From Rebecca billardiae RCC1528 (taxonomy: Eukaryota; Protista; Haptophyta): a stretch of DNA of 64,000 nucleotides. Location: assembly GCA_965240325.2 (NCBI GenBank), contig OZ251230.1:1922001-1986000 (forward strand), in the 5' to 3' direction. How positions within the stretch are numbered: position 1 is the stretch's first letter; each line of letters opens with the position of its first letter. A program made the translations under genes and the position numbers. Positions 12,901 through 23,862 of this stretch are shown here, one piece after another. The notes beneath the pieces are model-generated. The model was not told the origin of the DNA, ran no database searches, and saw only the letters and a list, made by a program, of their open reading frames with translations.

Positions 12901-13757
12901 AGCCTAAATCGCGGCGCGATTCGTCGTCGCCGAAACACATGGCTGACCATTTCAGCACCAGAATGTTTCCGCGTCCGCGACGCAGCCTTGCACTACGCTG
13001 AGATGCCCCCGCGCCGTTCTAGATTCCCGAGATTGTGGAACGGTGGGCATCACGTCGGACCGTTGGTCGCTTGCGCCTTGCGGCACCGGGACCGGCGGAC
13101 GCAGGGGCGAAGGCCGTCGCGTGCGGAGCGGAGTGCGGGAGTGGCGAGCGAGCCCGGAGCGACGACCGAACCCGAGTCGGCGACCGGTCCCGATTATTTT
13201 AGCCACGCGAGGTCGCAAAAGATCCATCCACTGATCCAGGAAGGAGATATATACCTCGCACGGACAAACTGAAACATGACTACAGGATTCGGGCGGGCGA
13301 CTCAGCTACCCTCCAACCAATCAGAAAGCACATTTCAGTACGGTCTGAACTACGGGGATTGCTGGTTGAAATCGGCACGATTCGTCGTCGCCGAAACACA
13401 TGGCTTATGACCATTAGTCAGAACCAGATTGTTTCGTATCCCGCCGCGTCCGACGCAACCTTGCACTACGCTGAGATACCCCCGCGCTGTTCTAGATTCC
13501 CGAGATTGTGGAATGTCAACTCAATGTGGGAGATGCACACTCACTATAGTCACTATTCTAATAAGCCGTCTCATGAATTTTGATGCGATTGTATGCGGGA
13601 TTAACGCGGGGTGCCGTGAACTGTTCAAACCCGAACGAAACACGGCAAGCGGGTACGGTGTGCGCCCCCGGACCTCAAGGGTGGGCTCGGGCGCTTTCAG
13701 CGCCCGAGCGTTTCGGCGTCCGAAACATTTCAGGATCCGAATTCAACGTCACACAAC

Positions 13758-14158
13758 GGGCTTACAAAATACCACTGGGGGCGAAACACAGTCGTCGCCA
13801 CCCCTGCTCCTCACTCAGACGGAATGTGTCCGGTGAGTGGAGAACACTGCCGCGAGAAGTTTGAATCCGGGAATGCGGGTAATCTGTCGACACATCTCGT
13901 ATTCTTTCAATAAGGCTAAAAATTCCCCTTTATAACGGGCTCCGGGTGATCAGTCATCAGACTGGCGGCCGAAGCCTCCAGCCCTACCCTGGCCAGCCCC
14001 CCGAACCAACCACCAGGCACCACCCTCACCCAACCTCAAACCACTGACATTCCGGCCTTTTTTTCATACCAGCTCCCAGACACTTTCCGTTTGAGGAGCC
14101 GGGGTCGCGACGGGGCTCCGCACTGGCGCTTTCGCCCCCAGTGGTATTTTGTAAGCCC
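13758..14158. mobile_element. MITE with 29-bp perfect TIRs
   Basis: GGGCTTACAAAATACCACTGGGGGCGAAA at 13758-13786 and its reverse complement at 14130-14158. No TSD is visible. Confidence 0.8.
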
Positions 14159-14690
14159 CTTGGTCCAACGGCAAAGCGCGACGCCGATGGCGGCTTCGCC
14201 GCCGCATGGGCGGGCGATGGCCGTTGCCCGCATAAAACGTGCGTCGGAGGCACGGAAGCGGGCAGATGGCGCGTCGCACGCGTCGTGGAACTCGGTTGCG
14301 ACGCTCGCCAGCCTCAGCGCGCGCGGCGAAGCCACGTGGCCATGGGCGCCCAGCGTGCAGGCGGCACGGTCACGCCGCTCGGCCGCAGCGACCGGCCTCG
14401 CACGCGTCCTTGCCGCGCGAAAGGGCATCCCAGCTGCGGTCATTCGACTTGTGCGTCAGGAGCAGTGTGCCAGCTAGCCGACGCGCACGCGCCGCGAGCT
14501 GCACGGCGTGCGCAAACGTAGCCCGCCGAGCGTGCGCCGATGCGGCACAGCGGGAGAGGGCCCCGATCCGAAGGCGACTCTCGTCAGAGGCCCTCCGTAG
14601 CTTCGTGATCGCGTTTGTCCAGCTGGCTCAACGCTCCCCGGCGGCGGGCCGGCGGCGACGACAAGTCTGTCGCGGCGCGGCTGCAGTACC

Positions 14691-16274
14691 ATGCTGTGGC
14701 GTTATGTCGCCCTCCTCGCCAGTGCTCTGTGCACCCTGGTGCGGGCGCGTACGCCGTCGTGCCTCGTCGTCGGCGCAGGGCCTGCCGGCCTTTCCTGTGC
14801 GCGAGCCCTCCTCTCGCACGGCGTGGACGCACGCGTTCTCGAGGCGAGCAGTCGCGTGGGCGGCCGCGTGCGCACGCAGCACTTGAGCGCGCATGGCCTC
14901 TGCGAGCTCGGCACAACTTGGATGCACGGCACCGCAGGCAATCGTGCGTGGGAGCTGGCGTGCGAATTTGGTCTCCTGGAAGAGTCGAGCTCGTCGGCTG
15001 GCGCAGCCATGGATCGTGCGTACGCGCTCGCTGACGAGCTTTGGCTGCGCGATGATGGCCGAGCTGTGGACATGGCCGCAGTCGCCGCCGCCCGGCGGGT
15101 GTTTCAGGAGGCGATCTCGACGTGCGAAGATGGTGATGCTGGCACGGCATCAGTTGGCGAGCACGTGCTGGCGGCGTGGGCGCGTGAACTCGATGAACTT
15201 GTCGTCACTCATGGCGATGCAGACCTCCTCAGTGCCATCCTGCAATGGGAGTGGCGCATGCAGTGCATGGTGGACGGCTGCGCATGCCTGAATGACGAGG
15301 GTGCCGCCGCATTTGCCCAGTACGCCGACGTGCCAGGTCCTGATCTGCGCATGCCATTGGGCTTCTCCAGCCTCACAGATCGGCTTGCACAGCCTCTCCT
15401 GGAGGCGGGGCGCCTGCAACTCGAAAGCCCAGTCCTCAGCGTGTACTGGGGCACATCCACCTCCAAAACTGACCCAGGCTCGGAGCCCCCGTCGGGAAGC
15501 GGTGCCGTGCGCGTTCAACTGGCCTCCGGTGAGTGGCGTGCGGCAGACGCGGTCGTTCTCTCGGTGCCTCTCCCAGCTCTGAACCGGATTGCCATCGAGC
15601 CCCCGCCACCACAGGCGCACATGCAGGCGCGTCAACAGCTCGAGCTCGGAGCAGTAGAGAAGCTCTTTGTGCGGCTGGAGCGATGCTCAGACGCTGGCGG
15701 GAGCGATGCTCCGCCGCCCAAGCTCATCAAGCTGCTCTGGCTGTGCCCCGATGATGAGCGCTGGGCGGTGGCAGACACCAGCACTCGAGTCGGTGACGTT
15801 GGCACACGCACGAGTTGGGCGCGCTCGCTGAATCGCTTGCGCTGGGAGGCTGGGATGCACCCACACTCGGTTGTGGGCTGGCTCACTGGCGACCACGCGC
15901 GCGCGGCTGCTCGCCTGTCCGACACCGAGCTCAAGCAGGAGCTCACGCAGGAGCTGCGTCCATTCTGGGACCAGCTCGGCTGGCAACCAGCCAGCGCCAC
16001 ATGCACGACCTTCTCTGCAGACCCCTTCATCGGAGGTGCGTACACGTTCCCGCGCGTGGGCGCTCTGGCGCCAGGCGTGGCAGAGGCGCTCGCCTCACCA
16101 CTCTATGCGCACGGAGACTGCACATCGGGGGCTGCAGGCAAGCCAGCTGCTCCACCCAGTGTGCTCTTCTGTGGCGAGGCCACCTCAGCTGAGCACTTTG
16201 GCACGGTGCACGGCGCGATTGCATCTGGCGAACGTGAGGCTACACGGCTGCTTGCCTCATGGGGGCTGCTGTGA
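14691..16274 (+). CDS. Flavin-containing amine oxidase (polyamine/spermine oxidase-like) with predicted signal peptide, intronless
   Basis: [24 protein letters not shown], and C-terminal FCGEAT...[14 protein letters not shown]. Hydrophobic N-terminus [19 protein letters not shown]. Confidence 0.9.
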   Translation: MLWRYVALLASALCTLVRARTPSCLVVGAGPAGLSCARALLSHGVDARVLEASSRVGGRVRTQHLSAHGLCELGTTWMHGTAGNRAWELACEFGLLEESSSSAGAAMDRAYALADELWLRDDGRAVDMAAVAAARRVFQEAISTCEDGDAGTASVGEHVLAAWARELDELVVTHGDADLLSAILQWEWRMQCMVDGCACLNDEGAAAFAQYADVPGPDLRMPLGFSSLTDRLAQPLLEAGRLQLESPVLSVYWGTSTSKTDPGSEPPSGSGAVRVQLASGEWRAADAVVLSVPLPALNRIAIEPPPPQAHMQARQQLELGAVEKLFVRLERCSDAGGSDAPPPKLIKLLWLCPDDERWAVADTSTRVGDVGTRTSWARSLNRLRWEAGMHPHSVVGWLTGDHARAAARLSDTELKQELTQELRPFWDQLGWQPASATCTTFSADPFIGGAYTFPRVGALAPGVAEALASPLYAHGDCTSGAAGKPAAPPSVLFCGEATSAEHFGTVHGAIASGEREATRLLASWGLL

Positions 16275-16283
16275 TATTATAAC

Positions 16284-16303
16284 TATATATATGTATATAT
16301 ATA

Positions 16304-16388
<85 letters not shown>
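16284..16388. repeat. (TA)n microsatellite, ~100 bp
   Basis: Near-pure TA run starting about 10 bp after the amine oxidase stop codon. Confidence 0.98.
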
Positions 16389-16390
<2 letters not shown>

Positions 16391-17139
16391 GTCGCTTTTT
16401 TTGGCTTCGGCGCACGGAGCGCCGATCTCGTCAACGAGCGGCCATCGTGAAAGCGCGCGAAAGCTGCGTTTGCGGGGGCTCGCGCTGCCGCGGTCGTGCG
16501 ACGCGGGCGAAGGGCGCGCGGCCCCTGGCGCTGGTCGGCGGTGACGAGGACACCCAGGTGCGCCATCTCGCGCGCCGCCACGCCCGCCTCTCCGCGTCTG
16601 CCTCGCGCACACGCCGGCGCTGCAGCTGCTCGCGCCGTGGGCGGTCGCTGCACTGCCGAGCTGCTCGGCCAGCGGGTCGGGCGCGGCAGAGCGCTGCTTG
16701 ACTCAGACGCACGCAGTCTGAGTCGCTCGTCTTGCGCACTAGGCTAATTAATTGCCCGCCACCTTGATCAGCACCTGGCGGCGGCGGTCCTGGCCGATGC
16801 GCTGTGACGGCTGAGGCACCTGGCCCAAGAGCAGCGGGTTGTTGCAGCTCGGGCAGAGCGCTCGCACCGCCATCTGCGGAGACAGCACCTGCTCATTCGC
16901 GTCGCGCACGGTGTCGCAGTCCTCGCCGCTGCTGCACTGCCTCCGCGTCGCCGTCGACCGAGTTGAGGACATAGGAGGAGCTCGCGCTCGGCCGTCGAGG
17001 AGCAAGCTCGCGTGCTCGAGCTCGCCCTTCCGAGCGGGGCCGCGTATGCTCTGCAGCGCGGCGCGGTGCGCGCGGTGCGCGGCCTGCGAGGCGACAGACA
17101 GGCTGCGCGCTCGGGGAGGCTGTGAGGGCGATCAGCCGA

Positions 17140-18234
17140 CAGCGGATATCCCACTGCAACAGATAGGATCTCAGATCCTATGGCATAGGAATAGGATGAG
17201 TTCACCAGAGCGCCAGCGCCTCAGTTCTGCACATACGATCATCGGTGTTGCTATATCGTACACACAACTCCACCGGCTGTCGACTCACACCATCTCCGCC
17301 TGCCGCCACTGCCACGGCGGTCGCGCGCGCGCGCGCGCGACCGCGCGCGCGCGCGCGATCCTGTGCCATAGGATCCGCGCCAGGGACGGCTACACAGGAT
17401 CGGCATGACAGCGTCAGTTGCTCGCCCCTGGCAGCCGAGCGGCGACCCTGGGCACGGACGGCGCAGGCGAGTGCTCGCACCGGATGCCCGCGCTGACGCC
17501 CGCACCGCCGCCCACTTGCTGCCCGTGGCACACCGATTCTGGGGCGGAGCGAAGAGAGGGCAACCGCCATCGTGCGTGCGGCCACGGACCTCCCACGATG
17601 GTGGCGGCCGTCCTTGTGAACCACGAGCCCACGAATCCAAGAGCGTGCGGGTCGAGCGGCGCATAAATCGACTGCGGCACACGCATGGCGTGTCTACAGG
17701 TGCGATACCATCCACGCACGCGACATGGCAAGATGTTCCGGCTACCTCCGAGGCTTGCTCTACATGCGCGCCGATGCTCGATCGCAACCACCTGACGACG
17801 CGAGCGACCGCGCAGCCCCGGCGTGACGTACAATGCCATGCTTGGCGAGGACCAAAACGCATTGTGATTGAACCTCGTACGGCTCCGGTCGAACACAGTG
17901 AACCACGATGTGTGAGCATCAAGCTGGGTATCATCTACAAGTGCCACACTGCCGCCGTGGAGTCGCAAGGCGGCAACGACCGCGACGGCTTCACGCGCTC
18001 CATCCGTGGAGCCCAAAACATGCGGTGGTGGTCGAAAATCACAACAAGTTCGCTCTGGCGGATGGTGGCGACACTACTACCGACCCCTAGGTGCAGTCGT
18101 ACCGTTCCGTAACATGAGAAAATGTCGTCTGCTGAGTCGTCCCTGGGGCCCGATCCTATCAATCACCTACTTGCTGGCCATAGGATTGAATCCTATGGCG
18201 GGATACCAGGATCGACGCAGTGGGATATCCGCTG
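17140..18234. mobile_element. Putative TIR element with 18-bp CAG-terminus TIRs
   Basis: CAGCGGATATCCCACTGC at 17140-17157 and GCAGTGGGATATCCGCTG at 18217-18234. Repeated ATAGGAT/ATCCTAT motifs near both ends. No TSD found. Confidence 0.6.
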
Positions 18235-18315
18235 ATATGAGTCGTACTTTGGAGTCATCAGACGATATATATCACGCTCGTCATGCATCCGAAATCCAGA
18301 TATCCGCCTCCGAAC

Positions 18316-19255
18316 GGCTCCAGCTGACACGGTCACTCACCAGTGACCCTATGGGGGGGGGGTGCATTCAGACGAACCCCTGGGAGCCAGAGGGCGATGA
18401 GGGTACCAATCGAAAGATCTCCGGGGCGGCGGACGAAGTAACGTAGTCCTCATCGAAGTAATCGACGTCTTCTCACGCCTCGACGTGTTTGAACGCGTCA
18501 TGGAGGACTCCATCGTGCTGAACTTTTTTTTGGCCTCCCGGACCGGTCTCCCGCACGATGGAGTCCGCGGAGCGGGCGAGGAGATGAGACGTCATGGAGG
18601 CCTTGATCCGGGCGCAGCCGCTGGTTGGCCGCGGCACCCTGTCGCGCTCGCGCCCCGGGTGCACCTTCGTGCACTGAGAGTCACCGACGGGCGAGAAGCT
18701 GCTCGTCGACTCGAGCAAGCTGCGCGCTGTCCGCGTCGAGCTGCTCGCGCCGGCGGCCGCGCCTTGAGCTCGCGGCGGTGCGGGCGTGCGCGTGAGCTTG
18801 TCGGCGTCGAGCTGCTCGCGCCCCGGGCCGCGCCGTCAGCTCGTACTGGCGCGGGCATGCGCACGAGCTCGTGCTTGGCTGCAGCTCCTCAGAGGACTGC
18901 CACAGCTGGCTGCTCAGAGCTTGTTCGCGAGCGCGCCACGAGGTGCGGCGGCCTGCGCCGCAGCGGTCAATGCGTTGCTCGATCCTGCACTGCGCTGCGT
19001 CTTGACTCGCGAGGGAGGCGCCGATATCGGGGCTGTGTGCAATGCGTTTTGGCCGCTCGGCGCAGAGCCGACGCCGCACGACGCAGCCCTCAGCCAACAC
19101 CAGCGAACACGGTCTGCTATGCGAATTCTGGCGAGTTGGGGCCTTATTGAGGCGTATTTGGTCCTTCGATCGGCTGGGGGGAGACCCCCCCAGACCCCCC
19201 CCCCCAGAGAGTCTGAATGCACCCCTGCTGGACGTCCCGGACAGTGACCGGAGCC
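18316..19255. mobile_element. GGCTCC-terminus element, copy 2 (inverted relative to 7720-8667)
   Basis: Full-length reverse-complement similarity to 7720-8667. TSD GAAC at 18312-18315 and 19256-19259. Confidence 0.9.
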
Positions 19256-19291
19256 GAACATCACTATACTGACTACTGTGACGACATCAGC

Positions 19292-20725
19292 CTAGTCAGC
19301 ATAGCATAGTCGGCTGTTGCCGTTGCCAGCCTGGCTCAAGGGAGCATAGTGCAACTGCTTGTGGGTCACCACAGCTCCCTCGCACACCAACACTTGGACG
19401 GTTGTGGCCACAGCGACCAGACTGCCGACGACCAGCATGGCCACAGCTGGCAGCATGTCCCATGCTGCACGCATGGCAGAGGACCTGTTACCAAACCAGG
19501 CAGCAGATGGGTAGTGTCGGGAGCGCGCCTTGATCCACATGGCAGGAGGCAGCACGTATGACAGCAGAGCAGCACCCACACCACCAGTGAGGGACATGAC
19601 GAAGCCTAGCCGTACTCGTAGAAGCACAGGCAAGCACATGGCTCCAAAGATGGGTAGAGTGAGGAGCAAGTGCCTCCTAGTCGAGTTGGCGTGTGCTGGG
19701 GCAAAGTCGGCGCGGTGTGAGAAGGCCAGCTCGTTACACACGTGTCGAAGGACCATGAACGAGCCGGGTAGAGTGAGCAGCAGCATGCATGTGTACGCAA
19801 CGCGCATCACGAGGATCCACTGGCCGGCAGGGTAGTCATTGAGCAAATTGTCTGAGACGGCAGCTCCAAACGTGAGATGGCCAGCGATGGCGAATATAAC
19901 TGTGCATACGAGAGAGATGCCGATCCCGTAGCTGCTCAGACGTGACCATCGCGATAGGCACGCACGTTCAAGCGAGTCGAACAGGAGGAATGCAGTCCCG
20001 TTGTTGGTGAATGCGAATGCAATTGTGCCAAACGCAGAGCCCAGTCCACCAGAGACTAGCGGTGGTGTCCCGTGCGGGAAGGCGGTCGCGTGGTGTACCG
20101 CAGCTTGCAGGTACTGTGCGCCGACAAAAAGAGCGAGGGCGGAGACGAGAGCAGCCTTGAGCCATGATGCGTGCACCAACTGCCCCACGTCTCTCTTGAG
20201 GCAAAGTACGAGCAACGCAGGAGCAGTCGCGAGCAAGCAGCCGGCGTGCACAGCGCGCGGGTGCATGCCCACAGACGGCCACAGCTGTGCGGCTGCGTGA
20301 GATGCGGAATCCGTCAAGACGACCAGGAAGGAGACGCAGCAGCCGTACTCGAACACGAGCAGGCAGCAGGCAGCTGTGTAGTAGCCCCGTCGGCCAAAGC
20401 ATTTTTCACATGCACGCTCGTATGTGTGCGCGTGCACTGCGACTCCGGCGCCGACCTGTAGCTGCAAGGAGTAGTGCGCCATGACGGATGCGATCAGCAT
20501 CAAGGCGAGCCCGGCCCCAAAGCCAGCGCGCTTCAGCGTGTATGGCACGCCGATGATGCCAGTTCCGATCACGGAATTCACAAAGACGACCACCATGCGC
20601 AGCATGGATCTATGAGCTGGCCCGGATGGCAAGGGATCAGGGGCAGTCGACGTTGTGGGCCCGTCGTCTGCAGCCACCGCGGCCAATGGCACCACGTCAC
20701 CCGCGCCCTCGTCGGCATGCGGCAT
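19292..20725 (-). CDS. Amino acid transporter, AAAP/SLC38-like, intronless
   Basis: NSVIGTGIIGVPY motif, about 11 hydrophobic segments, AFGTIAFAF, GHLTFG...NLLNDY. Confidence 0.88.
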   Translation of the reverse strand: MPHADEGAGDVVPLAAVAADDGPTTSTAPDPLPSGPAHRSMLRMVVVFVNSVIGTGIIGVPYTLKRAGFGAGLALMLIASVMAHYSLQLQVGAGVAVHAHTYERACEKCFGRRGYYTAACCLLVFEYGCCVSFLVVLTDSASHAAAQLWPSVGMHPRAVHAGCLLATAPALLVLCLKRDVGQLVHASWLKAALVSALALFVGAQYLQAAVHHATAFPHGTPPLVSGGLGSAFGTIAFAFTNNGTAFLLFDSLERACLSRWSRLSSYGIGISLVCTVIFAIAGHLTFGAAVSDNLLNDYPAGQWILVMRVAYTCMLLLTLPGSFMVLRHVCNELAFSHRADFAPAHANSTRRHLLLTLPIFGAMCLPVLLRVRLGFVMSLTGGVGAALLSYVLPPAMWIKARSRHYPSAAWFGNRSSAMRAAWDMLPAVAMLVVGSLVAVATTVQVLVCEGAVVTHKQLHYAPLSQAGNGNSRLCYAD

Positions 20726-20860
20726 GGTGCCCAGTGGGCCCGCGGCACGGGCCTGAACGGGGCGGTGAGTGAACCGAAGCTGACAATGATGCTTCGCACC
20801 GGCGAGCCGAGCTCATGAAGATCCCAAGGTTGGAAGATGCTGAGAAGATCCCGCCAGAGT

Positions 20861-21914
20861 GAGGCCGCTCGAGCGACTTCGTGTCTGGCGAGGCAGATCG
20901 CGCCAGTGCGTGGCGAGGCAGACGCTCGCCTGCCTCGCCGCTTGGCGAGGCAGCTAAGCTAGTAACGCCGCGGCCAAACTTTACGAAAGCCAAATGTCTG
21001 CCGGTGCGCCGCCCGTCTTTTGCGCACGGTGACAAGGGCGCGCGAGGGCGCTTCCTCACGATCCCGAAGAGCGCTGCGCGCGGCGTCGCGTTGGCGGCGG
21101 CAGCGGCGCTGGGGTGTATCTTGCCCATTCTGCGTGGCGGCGCGCTCTCATGACGCCTCGGCCGCCGCCACGCCATGCGCGACCGGGCGTGTCGCCTTCT
21201 TGACGGGCAGTGCACACGCCCTTGCAAGCGCACAGCCGTGAAGAGCCGAGAGCGTCCGTCGCGAGCACGCCGCCCACGCGGGATGCGTTGCCAGGGCTAT
21301 TCGTATGACACTGGGTGCTCGCGCTCTGGCATGTGCGAGCCAGGATGACCATGGGTAGCAGCTACGATGAGCACTGCTAACCTGCATTTCAGCCGATGAC
21401 ATCCTCTCGTTCAGCGATCTTGACTGCTCTGAACGCATGGCGAACTCGGCGAAGCGCATGCGCAAGGTGGCTTCGGTGACAGCATAACGCATCCCGCGTG
21501 GGCGGCGTGCTCGCGACGGACGCTCTCGGCTCTTCACGGCTGTGCGCTTGCAAGGGCGTGTGCACTGCCCGTCAAGAAGGCGACACGCCCGGTCGCGCAT
21601 GGCGTGGCGGCGGCCGAGGCGTCATGAGAGCGCGCCGCCACGCAGAATGGGCAAGATACACCCCAGCGCCGCTGCCGCCGCCAACGCGACGCCGCGCGCA
21701 GCGCTCTTCGGGATCGTGAGGAAGCGCCCTCGCGCGCCCTTGTCACCGTGCGCAAAAGACGGGCGGCGCACCGGCAGACATTTGGCTTTCGTAAAGTTCG
21801 GCCGCGGCTTTACTAGCTTAGCTGCCTCGCCAAGCGGCGAGGCAGGCGAGCGTCTGCCTCGCCACGCACTGGCGCGATCTGCCTCGCCAGACACGAAGTC
21901 GCTCGAGCGGCCTC
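20861..21914. mobile_element. Foldback element with 429-bp arms, GAG...CTC termini and 5-bp TSD
   Basis: 20861-21289 vs 21486-21914 are nearly identical inverted arms. AGAGT at 20856-20860 and 21915-21919. An alternative reading is a 7-bp TSD CAGAGTG with AGG termini. Confidence 0.9.
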
Positions 21915-22046
21915 AGAGTGCTGATACAGATTGGACGCCGCGAGCAGCAGTTTTCGTCTCGTCATCACGGTGTGTGACGCGCCTACGGCGACGGTGGGCC
22001 GTCGCGTCGCGCCAGCCGTCGACACGACAGAACTTCCCGTCGCTGC

Positions 22047-23672
22047 ATGACTGCGGATGAGGCTGCATCCCCGTCTGCCGGCATCACTGAACCGCCTTCG
22101 ATCGTCGCGGATGTGCGCCGAGCCTTCGAGCTGATCGTCCCCACGGCGCTTGCCTTTGGTGCGGAGAACTGGCCGACGTGCACAGGCATCGCATTCATTG
22201 GTCACCAACGCACGCCCCTCCCGCCTGAGCAGCTCGATGCCGAGCTAAGCGCCGCTGCTCTGTCGGGCGCGTACTGCTCGATGTGCGCCATGGCACCTGC
22301 CCTCGGGCTGCTCTCTGCTCTGCGAACGCTGTGCCCGCAAGCCGTGGGCGCCGAGCGCCACGACCTCGTCGCTCTCGCCGTGCAGCGCGCCTTCGGCTGG
22401 CTCCTCCTCGCGCTTCCTGCAGTGGCAGTGCTCATGTGCTCTGCAAAGCGCATTCTCTTATTCGTCGGCCAGCCCCCTGAGGTGGTGGTCCTCGCCGCGC
22501 CATTCTGCATGGCGCTCATGCCAGAGTACGTGCTTGAGGGCACCATGTGCCTTTTCCAGCGAGTCTTTTTGGCGTACGGCCATGCGACCACCAACCTCGT
22601 CGTGTCAGTCGCCGCCGGAGTGGCGGTGGCTCCTCTCGCGCAGTTCATGCTCGTGCGCGCCCTCGGGTACATGGGCGTCGCGTGGGCAGTGAGCGTGTAC
22701 TCGCTTGCGTACCTCGTCTTCCAGCTGCCGGCCATTTGGCGCCACGGCCTATGGGGGCACGTGTTCGCACCGCAGCCCGTAGCCACCCTCACTTCTTGTG
22801 TGGGTGCGCGCGAGTATGCTGCGCTGGCTCTGCCTGGGCTTGTCACCGTCCTTCTCGACTACTTTGTGCGCCAGTCCGTCTATTTGCTGGCTGGCCTCCT
22901 CGACGAGCCAGTCGTCTCCCTCGGCGCAGCAGGCGTCACGTCCTCGCTCTATGGACTCGCCCTCATGCTCTGGCAGGGTGCCTCGCTCGCGGCGTCCACT
23001 ACGGTTGGCAAAGCTGTAGGCGCGGGCGACAGCGCCGGTGCTGTGCGTGCCGCACTAGGGGCGATGATCGCGACCACCTCGCTGGCACTGCTCACCTTCG
23101 TGGGGCTGGTGGCTGGTCGGCACGCGCTGTCTGGTCTATTCACCAGCTCCGTGCGCATTGCAACCCTCAGTGCGAGGACGATGCCCATGCTTGGTGCAGC
23201 CATCGCTGCCTGCGCCTTGTCGAATGTGCTCGGCGGCGTTTGCGCTGGGCTCGGTGCGCAGCGAGTCTCGGCGTATGCATCTCTCATCTGCAACCTATTG
23301 GTGGGTATCCCTGTGGGTGCATGGCTGGCGTTTTCAGTGTTGGGCGGCAGTGCCAACGGCATCATTGGCCTGTGGGCTGGTATTGCCCTGGCGTTTGCAA
23401 GCTCGACTCTCATGCAGCTCGCCTGGCTGATCGTGCAGGCTCGCAGCGGTGCAAACGGGCGAGCACGTGCCTCATGGTGGACCATCATTCCTATGCTTGC
23501 ACCAACCTTCTTCGTCCCTAGTACTGGCACCTCGCGCCTGCTTGCCACGTCGGAGATGGACGAGGGCGTGCATCACAGGCACGCTGGCAATCAGCAGATG
23601 GGCACAGCAAAGCCATCGTCTGATGTGGCGGACCGACCAGCAGGCTCATCATCCGCGCTCGGCTTACTGTGA
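22047..23672 (+). CDS. MATE family efflux transporter, intronless
   Basis: LSALRTLCPQAVGA, LGYMGVAWA, LALPG, AASTTVGKAVGAGD, GVCAGLGAQ, GIIGLWAG. About 12 TM segments. Confidence 0.9.
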   Translation: MTADEAASPSAGITEPPSIVADVRRAFELIVPTALAFGAENWPTCTGIAFIGHQRTPLPPEQLDAELSAAALSGAYCSMCAMAPALGLLSALRTLCPQAVGAERHDLVALAVQRAFGWLLLALPAVAVLMCSAKRILLFVGQPPEVVVLAAPFCMALMPEYVLEGTMCLFQRVFLAYGHATTNLVVSVAAGVAVAPLAQFMLVRALGYMGVAWAVSVYSLAYLVFQLPAIWRHGLWGHVFAPQPVATLTSCVGAREYAALALPGLVTVLLDYFVRQSVYLLAGLLDEPVVSLGAAGVTSSLYGLALMLWQGASLAASTTVGKAVGAGDSAGAVRAALGAMIATTSLALLTFVGLVAGRHALSGLFTSSVRIATLSARTMPMLGAAIAACALSNVLGGVCAGLGAQRVSAYASLICNLLVGIPVGAWLAFSVLGGSANGIIGLWAGIALAFASSTLMQLAWLIVQARSGANGRARASWWTIIPMLAPTFFVPSTGTSRLLATSEMDEGVHHRHAGNQQMGTAKPSSDVADRPAGSSSALGLL

Positions 23673-23862
23673 ATTCAGGCAGAGCTAGCCGTATATATCG
23701 TCCCGCGCGAGCGGCGCAAGCAGCTGCAGCTCCTCGACCGCGAGGTCTATGGCACGCTTGAGGGCCAGGTGGGCCCATACGAGGCGCGGCTCGACACCTT
23801 CCCCGCGATCGTCCCGATTGTCGTGGGGGCGTTCGGCGAGTGGAGCGCTGAGGTGGACCTCA

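Larger units (their letters stand above)
3158..13757. mobile_element. Large inverted-repeat element (~1-kb arms) carrying nested insertions
   Basis: Segments 3158-3360, 7259-7719 and 8672-~9050 together are the reverse complement of ~12275-13757. The right arm has an internal diverged duplication (13041-13513 repeats 12667-13040). Outer termini and TSD were not found. Confidence 0.75.

Noticed and set aside
1013-13836. Numerous 100-250-aa Arg/Ala-rich ORFs as genes or a transposase
   Set aside because: They fall in GC-rich repeat arms, are duplicated in mirror image, and show no DDE, RT, tyrosine-recombinase or HUH motifs that I could recognise.
15871-16701. ORFs with YIYIYI runs
   Set aside because: Translation of the (TA)n microsatellite.
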